NCBI GenBank assembly: GCA_001655205.1
Contig: LPNZ01010288.1
Coordinates: forward strand, 1-57,765
Reading direction: 5' to 3'
DNA: 57,765 nt
From: Lenisia limosa
Lineage: Eukaryota; Protista; Breviatea
The notes beneath the pieces were generated by a model that was given only the letters and a program-made list of their open reading frames with translations, was not told the DNA's origin and made no database searches. Each line of letters opens with the position of its first letter. Position 1 is the first letter of the stretch. This document shows positions 50,551 to 57,765 of this stretch, one piece after another. A program made the position numbers and the translations under genes.

Positions 50551-53500
50551 TCAATGAGACACGAAAACAGTGGAAGGTGCAGTACCATTGTTATTTGAAA
50601 GCCATATTCGAGCCTTATATGACTTGAAGAGATCCCTGACAAGGCTCCTGAAATCCACGCGCTCGGCTGATGAGTAGAAGAGGGTCACCTTCTTACGGTC
50701 GAACTGTGGAATGAGACATACATAAAGACAATATCTTAAAAAAAATTAAAAAGGAGTCTTTGGCCGAAGTATGAATAAGAGTAGTGCTAATAAAGTAGAG
50801 GTACCAACAACCAGAAGAAACCAGAAAGCAGGTACCGACCTGATATTCGGCGTCAGTGAAGACAAGGTCAAGGCCCATCGAGCGTGCTCTCTCTGATGCG
50901 TCCTGAATAATCTGGGAACATAAGCTTTGTACAGTTACTCCTTTTGGTACCATTTTCATACACTAGTATTATTTTTTGTATTGTTCGAGGGATGGGAGGA
51001 AAACAAAATAGTAGTTGGGGTATNNNNNNNNNNNNNNNNNNNNNNNNNNNNNNNNNNNNNNNNNNNNNNNNNNNNNNNNNNNNNNNNNNNNNNNNNNNNN
51101 NNNNNNNNNNNNTTCCATCTACAAAACCAAGAATAACGAAAGGCAGTCATAAGTAGTACTTACTTACGGTCCGAAAAGACAGGTAAAATATTGATATTTA
51201 TCAAGAAATTCAGTCCTTTTTGGTATACGTAGGGAAGCCCTAGTCACAAGACAGTGGAATATTGGCACCAACACAAAAATGACAGAAAAAATGTCAAGTG
51301 AATCATTTAGCATCGACGTGAAGCCTGAATTCATGTGATGAAGGTTAAACCACACCCCACAATCCACCTACATATTCTTGGTAAGCTTTGCTCCATGGGG
51401 GAAGGCATTTCAATTTTCGATTTGACTGTTCCAAGATTCTAAAAACAATGAGATAACGAATAACTACAATTACGTTCCTCATCAAAAGATCATTCCATCT
51501 ATTTCTATTCCGATTAGCCCACCTTTCCCCGATCTCCTTCAACCACAACGTAGTCGCCGTCAGCAAAATTACCTGGTGTATCACGGGGTGTTGTATGAAG
51601 AAATGGAAATGTGAAGACTTTTGGCAGGATTAAGGGCTAATTAGGAAACCCATCACACGTCCTCAAAGCAATAAGTCAAAAAATGCATGTATTGTGTATT
51701 ATCGAAATGAGTAAGACAGGGACACAAACCCCCCAAGTCAAGGTAAAGTTATCCGCTTTACCTTGACTCATGAAATGGTCTTCCCTTCCGTTTTTAAACT
51801 ACAAATGTCAGACCAAAGTTGAAGATGGAATTCTGAATAAATGTCAAAAACAGGTGTTTGCCACCCTGAAAGGCACCCCCCTCCTACCTCCACAGTATAG
51901 TCGTAAAAGGTGTGGTTTTTGTCGTATTTATGCCCTTCATTGCGGCGATGGTAGCGTCCCTGGAAAGGGGTCATTTCACAAGGCCACTGAACGGAAGGCG
52001 GTGGAAGGATAGGAAACAGGGTGATAAGAGAGAAAACAGGGCGCTACGAGAGAAAACAGGGTAACAAGAGAGAAAACAGGTGACAAGAGAGAAAACAGGG
52101 GGCTCACTCGTTCTCTATATTGGGGCTGGTGTCCGTATGTCTTCGGCTGATATTGCTGATACTAAAACGTTATTGGGGTGTCCAGTAGTATTATACCCTG
52201 AAAGCAAAACAATAATAACAACATAAATACAATCAAATAATAATACTAAGAATAGTAACTAAAAAATACCTGTTGCTGTTGATACACCTGGGGTTGGTAT
52301 TGATCATAGAATTGGGGAGCCATGCTGCTCCCATAGATCTAAATAGTAAAACTTGGAGAGGGTGGAAAAATGCCAAAGAGGATAGTTTGTTGTCAAGCAT
52401 GATATAGTATACTCTAATTTTCATACTATACCGGATAAGCTGGGAGGAGCAAAAATGAGCTTATATTTAATTGTAAACAATATGTTAATCACGTTAATAT
52501 AGCGGTTTTTAATCCCTCTATTTGTCTTGGCCGAATTTTGAAGTAGTGAGAAGCCGTTTCGATCTACCTTACCTGTCCAGACATAGGCATATTGTACATA
52601 TTCGGCTGGTACTGGGCATAGTACTGGGGCTGGGGCTGGGTGTACGCACCGTACGCAGAGGACGCAGGGACCATATAGTACCCTCCATTGTCATTATTGA
52701 CCATCACCCAATCTTCTGTAATAATGAGAGCTGTTTTACAAATTGAGCCGAACCGGGTCTGTTGCTTCTGAATTTCTCCTGGAACTGCTGCGTGGAAACT
52801 GGGAGCAGGTTTCCCTCTTTGACCGGCGTGGTCACCGGTATGACTGAACTGCAAATGGTCACAAGTATTTGACAGATAATATTGATATCATGATGAAGAC
52901 AGGTCTTCCAACCTTATTTCACTCAGAGTTTCTACCGAAACAATGGACCGATTCCCTGGTAAAATACCCTTGACCTCCTGTGCCGGAACTACACAATGAG
53001 AACAATCTCTGTTGTCCTTTTGAAAACAAATATCCTATGCTAATACAAGGTGGAAGGGGTCAGAAAACTGAAATACATGGTGCGATTGAATGAAACGTAC
53101 TACTGTATGTCCAGTAGCTTGTATAAACATGATGTAACTGAAACGGTTTCTAATTTCTCCGCAATGAAATAAAGAAGCATCTCACCCCCACCAATGCCAA
53201 CAACGGTAGCCTCCGGACGGCTATGGTCCTCCAAAACAATTATCTTGGATGGTGAGGCGGTTGACGGTTCTGTTGCCTCCTTGAGCTTCTCAATGTCGTC
53301 CTAACAAGTCAAATAGAGGACTGAGACGTGGATTATCAACTGCGTTCAGAATAAACCCACTATCCCCCCTTCTCCACCCCACTTTTTCAGCGTGGTCCTC
53401 AGTCACGAAAGTTGCTGCCTCAGCGGCCAAAAGAGCGGTCTCAACAATGACGTCATGCAGACCCTCGTCCTCATGCTCCGGCTCTTGCTCGGTAACTAAA

Positions 53501-54096
53501 CGGTCAAACGTGGTGCATTAGAGCGGGCGACATGGTAACGTGTGATGTTTTGTTCGTTTAATTCGGTTCCTATATCAGCTTATGTCAATATTTATCTGCT
53601 TTTAATCCATAAAATCCTTGTATGTGAGATGAATTACGTCTACAAAGCAATAAGAGCATTGTTGAAGAAACCTACCTGGTGATGGGATGAGCAAAGGGGA
53701 CGAAAGTGACGCTCCAAATATGCTTGCTGGATCCTCTGTTCGCGCCTAAAATATCAAAGCTGTATTCCAAACTCAAAATAAACCCTGTAATGGGGGAACT
53801 GCTTTCAAAGAAGACAGTCAGCCTACCACAATATCACTTGAAAGAAGAGTCTGTGAAAGATTTGCCTAGGTTGATCAATTTAATTCCAAGAAATCAAATA
53901 ATTTGTTTAAAAATGCCTTACCATGACTGCTTGCAAGGCTTCCTCCTTCTAATAGTCCAAGTGTGCCAGTAAGAAGAAGTGTCACTGACTCTGGACGGAA
54001 GTAGACTGATTCACTACTGAATTGTTTCTAATAAGTTTTCACTAACACCGAAGTTGTGAAGAGAACAAAAGGAAGCTGAAAGGCCCAGTGAACCAT
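50551..54096 (-). CDS. PSP1 C-terminal-domain protein with acidic and Gln/Tyr/Pro-rich N-terminal region; start uncertain
   Basis: [13 protein letters not shown]...[16 protein letters not shown]...[46 protein letters not shown] is the PSP1 domain signature. Confidence 0.85.
51154..51242. mobile_element. hAT-type MITE family, copy D (89 bp, short internal deletion)
   Basis: TAGTACTTACTTACGGTCCGAAAAGAC ... GTCCTTTTTGGTATACGTAGGGAAGCCCTA. TSD GTCATAAG/GTCACAAG (7/8; 51146-51153 and 51243-51250). Lies in a PSP1-gene intron. Confidence 0.85.
52011..52100. repeat. 20-bp tandem array (about 5 copies) in PSP1-gene intron
   Basis: GAGAGAAAACAGG core with 6-7 variable nt between copies, starting about 7 nt after a donor. 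Confidence 0.85.
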
Positions 54097-54253
54097 AATA
54101 AGGAAAACAAGGCGTGTCTGGATCTTGGCTTTATTTTTCAGTCCTCAGAAACTAACAAAAAGGAAAAAAATAAAGAGCTGTGAAAGAGCTTGAACTACTA
54201 ATACAATAATAGCGACATTTTGTGGTTAAATTTTCCACAGACTTGTTCACATA

Positions 54254-57079
54254 ATGCCTGAAGAGGATGAGGTTCCTTCAGGCATTCGTGATGCTATAAA
54301 CCGACCACATGATAGTTATATTGACCCGCAGAATGCAACAGAAGCGGAGATTAGTGAAGCAGATGCGTTTCTGGAGACACTAATCCCAGGTTTCTCTTCT
54401 CTTACAGAAGAGCTACTTGAAGAGGGCAAGAAAGCATGTGGTGAAACTGAGTAAGAGGTGTTCATTTTATTATTCTCAGCCCAGTAACCGTTGTACTCTT
54501 CTTCTTCTGTCTACTATGTCGATCTTTAGCACCAAATATCAATACGATGTCATGCACGGATCTCTGTGCTGCGCTGACCCTTCCTTTGCAGATATCTCCC
54601 ACCTGTAACGTATCGCCAGAACCTTGCAAGGAAGCACCACGACGAGGAGCACAGGCGGCATTTAAGTTTGTTTTTAGTGGTATTTGTGTTGGTTAATGGA
54701 ACAGGTCGGATGAAGGTTCTGAACTACAATTATCTGCGGTCAAAATCCAATCTTGCCAAGATGGAGGACCTTTCGGCCGCATTGAATAAGCAGAAAAAGG
54801 GTGGGCTTTCAGGGAGAGAATAGATTACTCACAGTTTAGATGCTAAAACGAGACAAACATATGCTGAGGAAGCACGGGAGAAAGCAACGGTGGGTCTTAA
54901 TAATAAAATCTTAATTCGTCATTTACCAATGCTTGTTTACTGGCAATGATATTGGTCTCTTTTTTGTTTCTTTGGATAATACGATTCCGATAATTCACAT
55001 TTTTATCCGCAACATATTACAAATACATAATATATCCATATTCACAGCCCAGACCTACGTTGACGCCTATTTGCGTGACGCGTCGATGAAGTCTGTGAAG
55101 CTGCAGACCGTGGAGGCCATGGCCGCACAGGAGCGCGAGCTGCTCAGTGAAAAGGCTGAAGTTGACTCTTTGGCCAAACGGGTGCATTTACGGTCGCAGG
55201 TTGGTCCAAGGCTCGGAGATAATACTCCAAAAAAGACTGATGGAACATCGTTTTTCGATATTGTCTGTTTTTTTATGTAGTAGAGCATCAACTAGTATAA
55301 TATATCATATGACATGTACTTACTTTGTGTTCCCCTTTATGTTACATGCCCCCTCCTTTGATTGGTCAGGAAGCCGAGCTCAGTCGACAAGCAGCCGTGC
55401 ACGAAGCCGCTGTTTTAAAGGAGGTAAGTCTTGAGGAAGATAGGGTATTACGATGTGGTGGACAGCTCCTGATATCGTAATAATTCTCGATATCTTATCT
55501 GATACAATCATGGTCGTGGCCGAGGATGTGATGTTGCAGGTGAACACGGCACTAGAACGCAAGGTCGCGCACGTGACTTCCGAACTTCTTTTGTGTGAGG
55601 AAAAGCTCAAGGTAAGAAAACAACAGCCACGTCATCGACCCAGGTATTGTCCCATTTGGAGCCAGTCTTCCGAGACGTACAGCACACTTTCAACTTCAAA
55701 TCGGCCACTGAAGTGATGGAGCGATTCCGACAGCTGGAGAGTGCTGAGGTCTGCGGCGTCGTCACAGCTGTATTACCTTCTGCCAGATATTATTTGTTGT
55801 TTCTCCATATTACAGGGATCCCATATTATGAAAAGTTGTACTAGTCAAAGCTGAAACAAACTATTGCCATTTTACACATACTATTATATTTTATCAGAGA
55901 TGGTGACCACCTTAATTAATGTCTGCTCAGATGTACTCTGTGACCGAAACCCTTAAGGCGCAAGAAGAGCGAGATAAGGTGTCGAAAAAGCTCATGACTT
56001 TTGAAGATGACAAAGTATGATGAAAATGAAAGGACAATCAATGTTGCTTATTGTTATTTGGATGCTGCTATCAGATATACATGTATGTACCTGGTTGTTG
56101 GAGCTATGACTATGCGTTTATGTTTTACCGTTTCACGACCTCAGGAAAAAGAAATCCGAAACTGCTTGGTTGAAGCAAATAAGTCTATATCCAAGCTTGA
56201 GGTAAGATCTTCAGGTCTCATCTTCAAATGTAAATCAATTCCATTCTTGACTTCTTTAACCCATCACTTGGTACGCATATTGTGACCATCAAGAACGAGG
56301 GCGTCTCTGCACGTGCCGAAATTGACGATCTCAAAAATGCCTTAGTTTCATTCGAGGGTCTACAGGTGAGCATTGGGATATCAGTTTTCTCTTAAAGCAC
56401 ATTGTAGGTAATAGGTATGTAGTATAATGATATGTACTGTAAGTAGATAGTAAGTATTATACAGAATATTCTAGTTAAATTAGTCACTTTATTCTTTTTC
56501 GTACTCATGTATTTCTGAGCATCTTCAGGTCATGTCAGATTTTTTAGATCTATGATCGTGTTGAGATTTATAGTATTGATGAATACTCACTTCGTCATCT
56601 TTTTAGAGTGACTATCTGTCTTTACAATTCGCCTTGATTGACCTTTTTAACGTCTGGGTTGACAAAGTGAGCTCATTGGGCTCTCCTCTCATTATACTCT
56701 CTTTATAGAGGTGCTAATAATAATATTATTGGAATGTTGGTTTGCACATGTATATGCATATCTATATGCATACATATGATATGCTGCTGCGCAGAAACCG
56801 TGTCATTTATTCGATATCGTGTCTTTTTTTTTTGTTTTTCCCTCCCAAAAAGCCCTTTGTCCATTTCAATCTCAACCACTTCACTTTTGCAAAATATATT
56901 CACAGTTACTTTTTGGATTTATTTTTCCTCTTTTCCTTCAACTTTGTGACAGTCTTATCGCTTGGCCCAAGAATTCCACCTNNNNNNNNNNCTATGAGTA
57001 CTACCTACCTGTCTTGGACGAATTGACACCACTTGCTCTCCGCGTTCTAAAACAAAGAATTTTACGGGCTTTAGTATAA
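54254..57079 (+). CDS. Coiled-coil protein resembling outer-dynein-arm docking-complex subunits (CCDC151/CCDC63/114 family); multi-exon
   Basis: Phase-compatible coiled-coil exons. PVFRDVQHTFNFKSATEVMERFRQLESAE resembles the ODA-DC F..IK..TG..D..EV+.RF motif. Family call is tentative. Confidence 0.55.
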
Positions 57080-57694
57080 TATCAGTTGAAGGACCAATGT
57101 TTGAAACAGACTTCACAACAGATTCAAGAATATCACGTTGGTTTTCAGACTCCAATAAAGCTCTGGATATTAACGGAAGCTTTTTGAAAACAGAGCTATC
57201 TCGTAACTCAAGAACAGCCAATGCCGCTACAGACCCCTGTAAGAATCCTTTTTCAACATCACTGAGTGTATCCACTGCTTCATCATTCAAAACCATGGCT
57301 TTGGCTTGCAGCGCAATGGCTTGGTCTGGAGCGAGATCTTCACCAGAATCTAAGATCTGAGCGGCTCTTCTGAATTCAGCAGTTTCAGAAACTGAAGGCT
57401 TTTCCATGAATGTTGGTTTTCCTGGAACAAGAAGGTACAGGTTAGGCGCTTCCAATGGAGCAAAGCAATTACTGAAACTATATAACGCCTTCAAATAGGG
57501 CCTTGAAACTTTCGGATATCCTTCACTTTCAGTTGGTCTATACAATGCACCATTTTGCAATTTTCCAATTTTAATAGCATGAGGGTCAAATCCATCAGGG
57601 TTGTATCCACAGTCCCTCTGAGAGAATGTTATGACATCAGCAGAAGGATTTTTCAATGATTTAGTCAGAATAGTTGCCATTTCACATCAGTCAT
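56955..57694 (-). CDS. Hypothetical protein; probable introns at 57618-57685 and 57422-57550; 3' end overlaps the + strand gene
   Basis: Long open frame. Splicing gives MTDRDCGYNPDGFDPHAIKIGKLQNGKPTFMEKPSVSETAEFRRAAQILDSG... The second intron ends CCTAACCTGTACCTTCTTGTTCCAG (branch point plus pyrimidine tract). Confidence 0.55.
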
Positions 57695-57765
57695 TCCCCT
57701 GTGTTATACAAAGAAAACAACCTTCTTGAATTCAATGCTAAGAACTTATCCAATTCAGCTCTTTG

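Noticed and set aside
52011-52100. CRISPR-like constant repeat with variable spacers
   Set aside because: 13-bp core with 6-7-nt variable parts inside a eukaryotic intron and no cas genes; an ordinary minisatellite.
56955-57680. 241-aa intronless ORF as a horizontally acquired or retroposed gene
   Set aside because: It contains a convincing in-frame, stop-free 129-nt intron (57422-57550) and another intron at 57618-57685, so it looks like a native spliced gene.

Overview
Compact, very intron-rich eukaryotic DNA with many scaffold gaps, from a flagellated protist (RIB43A and an ODA-docking-complex-like gene are present; the taxon cannot be assigned from sequence alone). It uses the standard genetic code and short GT-AG introns (shortest seen about 34-42 nt). 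Manual splicing supports about 15 genes: an ankyrin-repeat protein (3' part), a SCY1-like pseudokinase with a long DLF/DPF tail, a 2OG-Fe(II) dioxygenase with a nested antisense gene, a GNL3/Nug1-like GTPase, a PH-domain protein, a PCTAIRE/CDK5-like kinase, DIS3/RRP44, a MOB-family protein ending in a CaaX box, a TTI1-like HEAT protein, RIB43A, a PSP1-domain protein, an ODA-DC-like coiled-coil protein and several unknowns. Non-coding features are four copies of a ~100-bp hAT-type MITE with 8-bp TSDs, two other TIR elements and about 12 intronic minisatellites. No rRNA, tRNA or CRISPR array was found. The most unusual signals are: (1) five tandem arrays that duplicate the splice junction itself, making stacks of decoy donors or acceptors (in the four arrays not interrupted by a gap, decoy use would frameshift or truncate the protein); (2) G-rich intron starts with poly-C rather than poly-U 3' tracts; (3) the nested antisense gene; (4) the MOB-CaaX architecture. 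All gene models were spliced by eye, so their ends are approximate.
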